From: a virus
IMG/VR virus record: IMGVR_UViG_3300023210_000017
Span: 29,689 to 93,688 of that record
DNA length: 64,000 nucleotides
Reading direction: 5' to 3' (one strand)
The notes beneath the pieces are model-generated. The model searched no databases and was not told where the DNA came from. It saw nothing but the letters and a program-made list of their open reading frames with translations. Shown here piece by piece: positions 21,101 through 27,811 of this stretch (positions are counted from its first letter, which is position 1; every line of letters begins with the position of its first letter). A program made the translations under genes and the position numbers.

Positions 21101-24100
21101 GAAAACCTAAAATTACTCAAGAGGCTATTGATGCTCTTGCAGGAAATGTTGAAGCTGAATTTAATAGAATAATGTTGGAGTTAAATCCTGAGACAGCTAC
21201 ATATAATCCTGAGACAAAAGAAGGTGAATTAATTGTAGGAGCTAATGCAGATAAAACTGGTCAAAATTTTGATATAAACGGAAGAGCCTTTCAATTTACT
21301 AATAATAAATTAATTTTAGAAAATGCTATCAAGAAAGCTTCCATAGATACTTCAACAGCTAATATTGAACATAATGTTGAACTTGTAGAAAGAATTAAAG
21401 AAGGTACTCAGACAATGTTTATAATGTCTAATGCTGGAGCTACATTTTCAAATTTTAAAACATCTGATCAAATTAGAAATGTATCTATACAAGGTAGGCT
21501 AGGTGCTAAAAAAGCAAATAAGAAAAAAGGCATAAAAGCTCAACCTAAACAATTAGTTGGAGATCCTACATTAAGAAGAGTTAAATCTTATGGTAAGATA
21601 AGTGTTGATGGCTTAAATGAAGGTCAAGTAATAGAAAAATTTGGCAGTGCTTTACATGTTGATAAAATTCCAGGTGCTAAAAAAGATCATATAGTTGCTA
21701 TTGCTGGTAAAAGATATTATGTAGAATCTTTAGAAATAAAAGAATTTTTACAAGGTAATAGAGAATCTTATTTATATGAAGTACTTGAAGATGTAGATAC
21801 ATCAGAAGAAGTTGAACAAGCTGCAACTGAAGGATTTGCTAATAGATTAGAAACATTATTAAAAGATAATGCTAAACTACCTAAAGATAAACAAGTAGCT
21901 TATACATTAGACTCAGCATTAAAAGCTATTGGGGAAAGCAGAAAAACTTTCAATGAGTTTATTGAAAGAAGAATGGATGAAAACTTTAAAGAGTTTGAAA
22001 TTGAATTAAATAAACAATTTCCTAAAGGGGGATTACCTAGATTTATAGATGAAGGTTTAGTTGGATCTACTACAGCTGGTAAAGATGGAAGTTTTGCAAA
22101 AGCAAATGAAAAATTAAATTTAACAAATAATGCAACGCATAATTTAAAGCAAATATTTATAAATGATTTTATAAATACTACAGCTATAAATGATATTTTA
22201 TTAGGAGATCAGACATATACTCTTAAAGATGCAGTTGATGCAGTTAAAAGAGCAAAGATGCAAAATGCTGCATACTACAGTGCTGAAAGTAAAATAGCAG
22301 CTCCAGAAATGGGAGTTAAAAAAGCAACTAGTAAAATATCTTTATTTGCAACTACAGATCCTGTAGGAACTTCTATTCATACAGGTAAAGATATTGAAAT
22401 AGCAGATGCTCAAAACTATATGACTGTTAAAGCATTTAGATATATGTGGTTTGGTTTTGGAAAGCTTACTCAAACTCAATCTAATTTAATTGATAAAATT
22501 GAAAGAGGTGAAGATATACCAGTAGATGATATATTTGGTGCAGCAGGTGCAGCAAAGAAACAAGAAATGCTAAACTCTAAAAAACTTGTTTATGGTGATG
22601 GAAGAACTTTTGATAAAATGTCTATTGTCCCTCTTACTAAAGCGTTGACTTCTATTAAAAATGAACAAGGCCAATGGGTTGCAAACCCACTTAGAGCTAG
22701 ACTTCATAATATTAGAGTTAAGATGGAGCAGTTTGAGCAAACTAATGATACTATTGCAATAACAGCTCCTTTATCAGCTCTTAAGATGTTAAAAAAGAAT
22801 GTCACTCTTATTGATGATTTTAGTGGAGATAGTGGGGCAATCTGGCAATCTGATTCTAAAGTTTCAGGACCTGGGGGTTCTTTTGACTATATGGATAGAT
22901 TTGTATCAACAAATGCTTCTGAGTTATCTATAGATCAATCTATGGAACTTGACACTAACTTTATGGGACTTCAGGTTTTAAATCCTTCTAATAAGATGGA
23001 GATAGTAGATCCTACTCAAATTAAATCAATAATAACCGGAGAACAAGATGATAGTGTTACTGTAATAGTAGACGGTAAACCTGTTTCTATAGGAAAACTT
23101 AGAGATCAATATAATAAAGCTACATCAGATAGAATGTTGGGTAAGCATTTAAATAAAAGAAATTTAATATTTTCTTTTGATCCTGAGTATGCTTCAGATG
23201 AACTTCATAAAAGCATTAAAGAAGGTGCAATAAATGTAGACTTATTTAATTATTTACAATATGCTCAGACTAGTTTGGAATCATCTCAAAGTGCAAGTGA
23301 TCTTATTGAGTTCTTTACAACTGATGAGGATACAGGTGAGCAAAAATATGAACTTAATAATCCAATTGTAATAGCAAAATTTGAACAATTGTTTCTAAGC
23401 TATTTTAGTAAAGGAGTAACAGCTGAAAAATTGCCTGGTACATCTGCAGCTTTAATGTCTGATTTTGGAATGAATGTTTATAGAAGAGTTATAAGCGTAG
23501 ATGAAAAAGGACATCCGTTAGAACAAGAAATAATTAGATCAGATGATTTCTTAAATAACTATTCTCAAGAAGATCTTATTGCAAGAGGAGATAAACCATT
23601 AGACTTTTCAGATGATAAAAGTTTTGACACACTTAAACTTGAAGTAGAAAAAGCAAAAGGAAAAGGTGTAATAATATTAGATAGACTTAGATCTGATATG
23701 ACTGAATTTAAAGATGGAAAATCTACAAAAATAAAATACAGTGAGTCATTGTTACCTGCTCATTCTAAAGAAGCATACACATTAGTAGATCAGGTTCCAT
23801 CAAAACAAATACCAGATGTACTTTCAAAAATGTTTGGTATACGTATTCCATCTCAGGATAATCATTCTACAGTGAATATTAAAGTTGTAGATTTCTTACC
23901 TGTCTTCTATGGTTCAACAATTGTTTCTTCACGAGAACTAGTTGAGGTATCAGGGGCCGATTTTGATATTGATAAACTTTATATTCAAATGAAGGATTAT
24001 TATGAAGATAATGGAGAATTTAAAGAATATTCAGATTCACATGAAGATTATATTAGATATGTAAATAAACAAGTAAACAAACAAGGGAGTATATATAATG

Positions 24101-27100
24101 AAGCTTTATTAAAATCTCAAAAAGGAATGGATGAAAGTGTTGATGACAGCACTATGGATTCTTTCAAAAAAGAGAAGTTAACAGCAGCCAGCATTAATGC
24201 TTTAACTGAATTAAAATTACCTAGATCTAAAGCTGAGTATGACGCATATATTAAAAAGAATGATAGAATTCCATATGCAGGTGCTTTAAATAATAAAATA
24301 TTAGATTTAAAAATAGCTTTAATAGGTAATGACGGTGTAACAAAATCTATGAATGGTAATTCACCTATATCATATGAAGCCGCAGATATAGAGATACTAA
24401 CTGATGTATGGAAAGAAATTTCAGAAGCACTTCCACAGTTAGCTGAATTGGTTAATGAAGATGGGATTAATGCTAATGATTTATTTGGTAAATGGAAAGG
24501 ATTTACAAATAATAAAGCGGGTGCTAGATCAATTGGAGCTGCAGTATTACCAAACTTATATCTAAGTTTAATGCAAGAATATGAACTTGAATTTAACTCA
24601 GTAACAGTTGCTGGTAAAACTTTAGGTACTAAATTAACTTTTGATAATAAAATTTTTAGAAACTTTAGAAATAAAGATGAAAATGGTAAATCTACAACTA
24701 GAGAGTTAAAAGAAGATGGCACTGAAGGTAGAAGAAAGCAATATATAATTTCTGCATTAATTACAGCAATGACAGATAATGCTAAAGAAAGACTTGCTGC
24801 TAAATTAGGATTAAGTAGAAATTCTTTAGCTGTTGTTACTAATATGGTTGCAATGGGTGTTCCAATTAAAACTTCTATATTATTAATGAATCAACCTCAA
24901 GTGAAGAGAGTGTATGAATTAGAAGCATTATCTGGTGATGAAATTTTTAGTGTTACTAAGGTAATGGAAGAAATGGTTTCAGCTCTTGAAGGTGCTGTAA
25001 TGTCTCATCCTTCAACTATTAATATTGAAGATATAAATGTTAATCAAAAATCATTGACTGAAGCAATTGATGACCCAAGTTTAGCTTTTGATGATATTTC
25101 AGATTTCTTTGATAGTGCAGATGACTTAGATTCAAAAATAAATAAAGCTATTGAATCAGGAAAAAATATTAATCCAGAAAATATGGTTAGAGATATTGCC
25201 ATATTAAATCAATTTTTAGAAGCTGCTAAAATTGCAAAGTTTACACGAAATTTAGGAGCAATATTAAATTTAACAGGTGGATATGGTAAAAATTTAGCTG
25301 AATTTACACAGATTGACAATGCTATAAAAGAACTTGGTTTAAATTTAAGTGATGCGGAATATAATAAATTGCCTATTTCAAAATCTAAATTTACTAAAAG
25401 TAGCAAAAGTAATTCAAAATTGACTGTAAAGCCAATAATGGATGTAAGAAAGATATTTAAAGGTAAGGCATGGCAAAGTACACTGCTTAATGTATATTTA
25501 GAATTTTCTAAAAATTTAGCACCTAAAGTATTTTTATCTGAAAGCAGAATATACAAAGCAATGTATAATTCAATAATTGATCAGATGGAAGGCTTTGTAT
25601 CAAATGATACTAGAGATGTTATTAAACGAGATCTTTTATCTTACATTACATTAAAAGCCTGGGTAAAGTTATCCGTTGAGTCTAGTTCAAGTGGTTGGGC
25701 CAATTTGAATAATGACATGATTTATGAAGAAGGTGAAAGTAGTATAGGAAACATTGTAGAAAAAGCAAGAGAAGCAAACGGTGCTACATACAATGCGTTT
25801 TTAAATGATTTCATTAAGATAGAAAGAGCATCAGATGAAAATAATAAAATAGGAATAACAACAATATCAGCAAATACATTAACACCGTTAAATGATTTTC
25901 AAAAAATTAATGTTCAAAATGGATTTAAAGAATTGTTTGTAAATCCTGAAACTAGAGAATATGCTGTTGCAATTTTAAATTATCTAATGGTTAAAGATGG
26001 ATTGCAACCTACATATAAAACATTGTTGACAGCTGTTTCACCAAGTATGCTTGGACGATATCTTGAAAGTATAACAACAGTGAGAGAAGCTGTTGCAAGA
26101 GAAGAAGATTCCAATCAACTTTTTCAATCAGTATTTGGCATGAGTGCTAGTGAATTAAGATCTGATTTTACAGTTAACTATTTAGCTTCTGTAAAAAATA
26201 AAAGATTTGTTCAACAAAAAGGAGAAGGAACAGCTATTCCATCATATAATCCTATATCACAAGCTATTACTACATCAACTATTTCAACTGAAAAAGTAAT
26301 ATCTCAACCTAATACACTTTTTGTTATATTTGATAATGAAGATGGGCTTGGTTCAACTGATGGTGGAATTGTAAGAGATCAACCTAATGTTTATAGAATA
26401 AAAATTAAAAAGAATATAACAAATAATGCAGGTAGTTTTTATACAGAGGATGAAGTTACTGCTAAAACAATAGAGTTAACAAACTCAATAAATCAATTAG
26501 AAAAAACTGCAGAATTATTTCCTGGCGGTATAGTTTTTCCAACAAAAATGGAGGATACTATTAGAAAAGCTTTTAGTGAAAATAATCCAAAAATGCATGA
26601 TGATTTAGCTATTTTATTGCAGGAAAAGTTTGCGTATAGAATGAATGGTGTAAAAACAGAAAAGCAAAAAAATGCGGCCCCTGTAAATAAAAAAGCTGTT
26701 AAAAGTCCTATATATATAAATAACTCTAAAGAAGTTCCGGTGTTAATCATTGATTTAAATAAAAATGTAGGTAAAGAATTTTCACCAAAATCAAATGAAG
26801 TTCAAGAAAGAATTCAACCTAAAGCTAAAAACTCTGCAGAAAGAAAAACTTTTAAAGATAATCTTTATAAAGTGAATGTGGCCGGATTTAAAAGTGTAGA
26901 AGTTGTAAGAAATAATATTCAATATCAAGAAGTATTATTACCTGCAATGATTAAGGTGAAAGGTCAGCTATTTCAATTAGTAACAATAGCCGGAAGTCAA
27001 TTGGGAGATCAATCTATTTTAGATAGTCTTGGTGTTTTATCAGGAAACTACGCTGAATATATTGCAGTACCTGATATGGGTAGTACTGGAGCAACAGCAG

Positions 27101-27801
27101 TAGGATTTGTATTTCCAAATCTTAAAGAAACTAGTGAAGTTCAAAAGGTTATTAAAGAAGCTAATCCTAATTCAGAAGATGGTGGTAATAAATTTACAAA
27201 AGATCCAATACCATCACAAGATTATACGCAAGGAGATTATCCAGCAATGGATGCTATACTTGAACAAAAATATGAAGAAATGTCAACTGTAGCAAAATCA
27301 GTTAATATTCAGGTACCAACATATGAAGAATTTATTTTATTAGATACGGCTCAAAAAGCAATTAAAAATTATTTAGATACAATATCTGATTCTGATTCTC
27401 AAGTAACTTATACTAATGGTTCAGTTACAGTTAATGGAAATCCATTAAATGATCTTAAAGCAGAAATAGAAGAAGCTGGTGGAGGTAAAGCTGAAGATTC
27501 TTTTGATATAGGAGGTCAACCAGCACAACCAGCTAGTGAGGTTGAAGGTAAAAAAGAAGATTCTTTTGATATTAATAATACTGAAGGTGTAGCAAATGAA
27601 AATGAAAGTGATATATTTGGGAATTCTTCTGAAACTACATTAATGTTAACAGAATTTTATGATAGTTTGACAATACGTCAAAAACAAATATTAGCAACAT
27701 TTGAGATTAAATCAACTAAAGATTTAATTAAAGAAAGTGAAAAAAATCAATATGGTACAACAGAAGAATTTATTGAAGAGATTAAACAATGTTTTATTTA
27801 A
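12196..27801 (+). CDS. Virion-packaged DNA-dependent RNA polymerase polyprotein (5201 aa) with N-terminal membrane-insertion segments and a zincin domain
   Basis: RIPSQ (23842-23856) and GADFDIDK (DFDID 23959-23973) form the two-barrel crAss-like vRNAP catalytic motif. HEAFH (18760-18774) plus downstream EEYMADEF gives a zincin. Gly/Ala-rich hydrophobic helices lie near the N-terminus. Confidence 0.92.
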   Translation: MEDIILNNQVPNNPVGVPDDQFNFQTISELEVPPNLAEFDKSLDPEYEVMLEQQSALINKFAMAATHNYNSPYPAPSTGGYNTASQQSAPNPHTLQGKLRLFSDVDKQDPVVKEQGMFGSNVVKIADPVVSGIRQSNFDRFYASPAYGKLGWHPHANMEEYYNERTTWWDDTSRMLGELGALTGTGFLSGYRSWGDLDSVMDLQSAVEYEDAIRIGSSSKDGFGAGFNNFLLNAGYTFGIIGSIALEEAALFGLAAIQGGLNPASDAILAARTASNASRLAKLGRRVANSFSVGKLAQGTRAIVQNLKRIENARDFYSVAKAGGNVLGKMLIPETMSTFKNLKSAQKAGENLTWMARSSKKLGGFYRDARSMNFALSEGRMEGGSVYKSQLSANYAIQAEKNRREGLGDVTSEQMKALSDQALEAAFVTSSWNVPVIYLSNQLLLGNAFGGFKRSLSQMARDNIKGVGKRILKTKATLEGAKGAKKVARDVFEKVDDSFMDWKYLKAKVKAGGAKGGVVMAAGAGLRFFANNVAEGAQELYQEAVSAGVKDYYTSLMRDPANSNIQQMKASAQAGLGEQWSGQGLETFMSGFFMGSVVSGPQKLVFQGIPNLYQAKFNKTEYAEYKANKEKLVDATLKSLNSSWNSQQESVDSMFDTDTLNFLEQKQAAEAMESATMQDNVFDFMDAGDTARFSSLHRMFSTGKEDFFKEQLQDYLTMSDEELGQAFPAEAKAAKSGKLRNKIQKQIKNIDVMREMYDKHNEDMVNPYDPAAFTPGSKEHTEESYKHLAFNHAKMLFMFTKDGFLKAGERAQSIYNKLESDPIIKELAANDITVLLNKDTLQKEIKQLEEEIPGLGEAGTKLLKKDKEKKLEKLKAIAEVLYANENQTLSIKDKRFDRRKTSKLMPKVLDYLKMLAKTKKDFVDESRIKEVINMIIDHNHLSNRQKVYDKAIQFMTNPKELDLIVRRSAEYIKFAHTDKLNLQKELIEKLILRKEINQLLNELMKLDVYVDPSEMLMFNETGDSKHLRTFHTEDGILNEIDDPVLYNKVLSIIDVYRQTSGVQEKIDAEKAAEAEAAQSGTQSADTTKSKIDELLEEEGIKAPEVKIQGKAKNESPVLDKIINSRWIQYRAMQANLGNAPVTLEEFLETAIAKNIITAYTGLKKLWYQSLISMENEQIRMLKYTTDNGFLNWLSLQEENPIVFKILDESNLDFKFFLPDFEKQKGEQAGKEDGEKTFKGYTGNNVEIIEIESIDINTKEKTTYYQIRQKNGDYVEESISDSVAPGNPTLSFTDAAVAKQIAAKIDPLVVNLDAYEFGGQTLQYGMRIKDVKTGKHYIVLANPSDVKSGRIYVLNEDSSYLLASDKRTRNASVEKGKDGKRGLTEAEFQARFKVEKINLGATALPKGASKLRLDSATSLIPHKNDRGTNTEEGKVLAFRRYAYIVQRLSKEELESLEVEVTTNSNGGAFIRQFKLDKEGAEPNPFIDATSAPYNIAIKMPEALSKKMNKLLLAENLNPTKDGIIGYIPNGDVILKDRKTGEVINPLNIQGDQISDLFSTSKDSEVAAKEIQQSFAIQYTIMNAIKDKLDGASEGTFSLTDIGGVNFSTTPGYIEFLKKGETVRIDQLHHNTVDGKVVILKNTKRRNKKGEASISTAFTPMGLPVEEELAFEKKIKSEMNDQSLNIWDSATNAGRYVMIVKQDNGVYSYFPIKSDKLEAEELNTLADALIKQSATTAKENVETNEDGETKVKDLSYSSAWNQDLNNGEIEGISGFYIASIPGYSFDINITAKGGIQVKIYDRAGNEAISLIMSNVSDIAQYAGAENKSDLIKDLFELVNEQLKDAPSKFTKKTSDARKKVIRDASKNISLNLDSLRKSFSQKTKAKDIIDNVVTTVSPSIRAGAKIISNVDGVDAQQMIAAGVTVGPSVPTAGTFTPTETFTDADGKPIPKGPETTTSSEDLDIDLALLSDEAFKEMQDKEFISLTNNQKDFIADKIAKDGLTSLSNRESQVMESSYRDIINGKVAKKLASKSSTASDPKKSTSEKEVVNLRAELEKVKLEIEARETELFDNKLTNAEYMQQIDPTSKIYDKNLKKLVKERNSILSKLGANKVISDDLTTEEVAHIDEFIQWAAENLPDFITIENIDTLGNNMKSGGQRVGSFVMALNNIAGKQSINGTIYAGTSTRHAYHEAFHAIFEMLLTEDQQNQYYKIAKKELLGKLKSQGKSLKSALEELKNSDIDKYKRYSKEKLEKLLYEEYMADEFELFKQNPKSTKTDSWIKSLFNKIIEWLRNVLGTYNATELRVLFEEVNAGKFRSGKVQSNPFTNEAASGVTLDVSKIIRSKTVKGEDGFEYSVSLDPDVGRGMVSSIAARVIMLELENEDPNFNIADAVTTSIDLYRDLYKLDNPQYENLSKAQFDLLIAINNSFEDFGYDFYEAVIDELKLYDIKLELKEEEDSTWEEGYGLRSTGEYDKDASQSGGVRSLPSFIRKYIGTTTISEKDIFGQTVLRTYENDKGETVNENIITAVDFSAAYSGFLKAASGKSDPVTILQSLYLFSIDNPQTSAVVQRLFNDLGIVWEGQLEQGELPGKIKQNGLFQAMLKGFENFKVDYLFIHRVLGNGKNDPNSGKVVTYDAANRDDAHEQIARWTDNYKMLRKQFNLDPSLSKDLSDKLNELMKYLDSDNKQEEISDKKLGDISREFAKLLESTLGIVLSPRYIAFSIASNLVIATPYQDALLRSQKDIVPIQHKVIEELRIGVDNNADIMSETEEGLYGRLRTMALGNAPFDERIGASVFRNPNGDLVYAHQLPTFHLKRIASLNDVKGKGAVIADLAETDPFLAMNFLVKSEAMQKLSAEGRLKITRLSGSKSSRSIEKDEAGGITETYDKNEKGTVYGDYNPQEFIVGLLSAYISGVNPKSGKVNDVIVETEKDGEKSVAIAPVLLRVIEASNTGDMIGLPIIKAILKSSSGKPKITQEAIDALAGNVEAEFNRIMLELNPETATYNPETKEGELIVGANADKTGQNFDINGRAFQFTNNKLILENAIKKASIDTSTANIEHNVELVERIKEGTQTMFIMSNAGATFSNFKTSDQIRNVSIQGRLGAKKANKKKGIKAQPKQLVGDPTLRRVKSYGKISVDGLNEGQVIEKFGSALHVDKIPGAKKDHIVAIAGKRYYVESLEIKEFLQGNRESYLYEVLEDVDTSEEVEQAATEGFANRLETLLKDNAKLPKDKQVAYTLDSALKAIGESRKTFNEFIERRMDENFKEFEIELNKQFPKGGLPRFIDEGLVGSTTAGKDGSFAKANEKLNLTNNATHNLKQIFINDFINTTAINDILLGDQTYTLKDAVDAVKRAKMQNAAYYSAESKIAAPEMGVKKATSKISLFATTDPVGTSIHTGKDIEIADAQNYMTVKAFRYMWFGFGKLTQTQSNLIDKIERGEDIPVDDIFGAAGAAKKQEMLNSKKLVYGDGRTFDKMSIVPLTKALTSIKNEQGQWVANPLRARLHNIRVKMEQFEQTNDTIAITAPLSALKMLKKNVTLIDDFSGDSGAIWQSDSKVSGPGGSFDYMDRFVSTNASELSIDQSMELDTNFMGLQVLNPSNKMEIVDPTQIKSIITGEQDDSVTVIVDGKPVSIGKLRDQYNKATSDRMLGKHLNKRNLIFSFDPEYASDELHKSIKEGAINVDLFNYLQYAQTSLESSQSASDLIEFFTTDEDTGEQKYELNNPIVIAKFEQLFLSYFSKGVTAEKLPGTSAALMSDFGMNVYRRVISVDEKGHPLEQEIIRSDDFLNNYSQEDLIARGDKPLDFSDDKSFDTLKLEVEKAKGKGVIILDRLRSDMTEFKDGKSTKIKYSESLLPAHSKEAYTLVDQVPSKQIPDVLSKMFGIRIPSQDNHSTVNIKVVDFLPVFYGSTIVSSRELVEVSGADFDIDKLYIQMKDYYEDNGEFKEYSDSHEDYIRYVNKQVNKQGSIYNEALLKSQKGMDESVDDSTMDSFKKEKLTAASINALTELKLPRSKAEYDAYIKKNDRIPYAGALNNKILDLKIALIGNDGVTKSMNGNSPISYEAADIEILTDVWKEISEALPQLAELVNEDGINANDLFGKWKGFTNNKAGARSIGAAVLPNLYLSLMQEYELEFNSVTVAGKTLGTKLTFDNKIFRNFRNKDENGKSTTRELKEDGTEGRRKQYIISALITAMTDNAKERLAAKLGLSRNSLAVVTNMVAMGVPIKTSILLMNQPQVKRVYELEALSGDEIFSVTKVMEEMVSALEGAVMSHPSTINIEDINVNQKSLTEAIDDPSLAFDDISDFFDSADDLDSKINKAIESGKNINPENMVRDIAILNQFLEAAKIAKFTRNLGAILNLTGGYGKNLAEFTQIDNAIKELGLNLSDAEYNKLPISKSKFTKSSKSNSKLTVKPIMDVRKIFKGKAWQSTLLNVYLEFSKNLAPKVFLSESRIYKAMYNSIIDQMEGFVSNDTRDVIKRDLLSYITLKAWVKLSVESSSSGWANLNNDMIYEEGESSIGNIVEKAREANGATYNAFLNDFIKIERASDENNKIGITTISANTLTPLNDFQKINVQNGFKELFVNPETREYAVAILNYLMVKDGLQPTYKTLLTAVSPSMLGRYLESITTVREAVAREEDSNQLFQSVFGMSASELRSDFTVNYLASVKNKRFVQQKGEGTAIPSYNPISQAITTSTISTEKVISQPNTLFVIFDNEDGLGSTDGGIVRDQPNVYRIKIKKNITNNAGSFYTEDEVTAKTIELTNSINQLEKTAELFPGGIVFPTKMEDTIRKAFSENNPKMHDDLAILLQEKFAYRMNGVKTEKQKNAAPVNKKAVKSPIYINNSKEVPVLIIDLNKNVGKEFSPKSNEVQERIQPKAKNSAERKTFKDNLYKVNVAGFKSVEVVRNNIQYQEVLLPAMIKVKGQLFQLVTIAGSQLGDQSILDSLGVLSGNYAEYIAVPDMGSTGATAVGFVFPNLKETSEVQKVIKEANPNSEDGGNKFTKDPIPSQDYTQGDYPAMDAILEQKYEEMSTVAKSVNIQVPTYEEFILLDTAQKAIKNYLDTISDSDSQVTYTNGSVTVNGNPLNDLKAEIEEAGGGKAEDSFDIGGQPAQPASEVEGKKEDSFDINNTEGVANENESDIFGNSSETTLMLTEFYDSLTIRQKQILATFEIKSTKDLIKESEKNQYGTTEEFIEEIKQCFI
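27493..27572 (+). repeat. 17-bp direct repeat GAAGATTCTTTTGATAT (EDSFDI x2) in the acidic C-terminal linker of the RNAP
   Basis: Identical copies at 27493-27509 and 27556-27572. Confidence 0.8.
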
Positions 27802-27811
27802 GTAAATAATT

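Noticed and set aside
21380-21430. ASCH-like motif 'ERIKEGTQT' inside the RNAP
   Set aside because: It lacks the GxKxxxxR residues and is too weak to call by eye.
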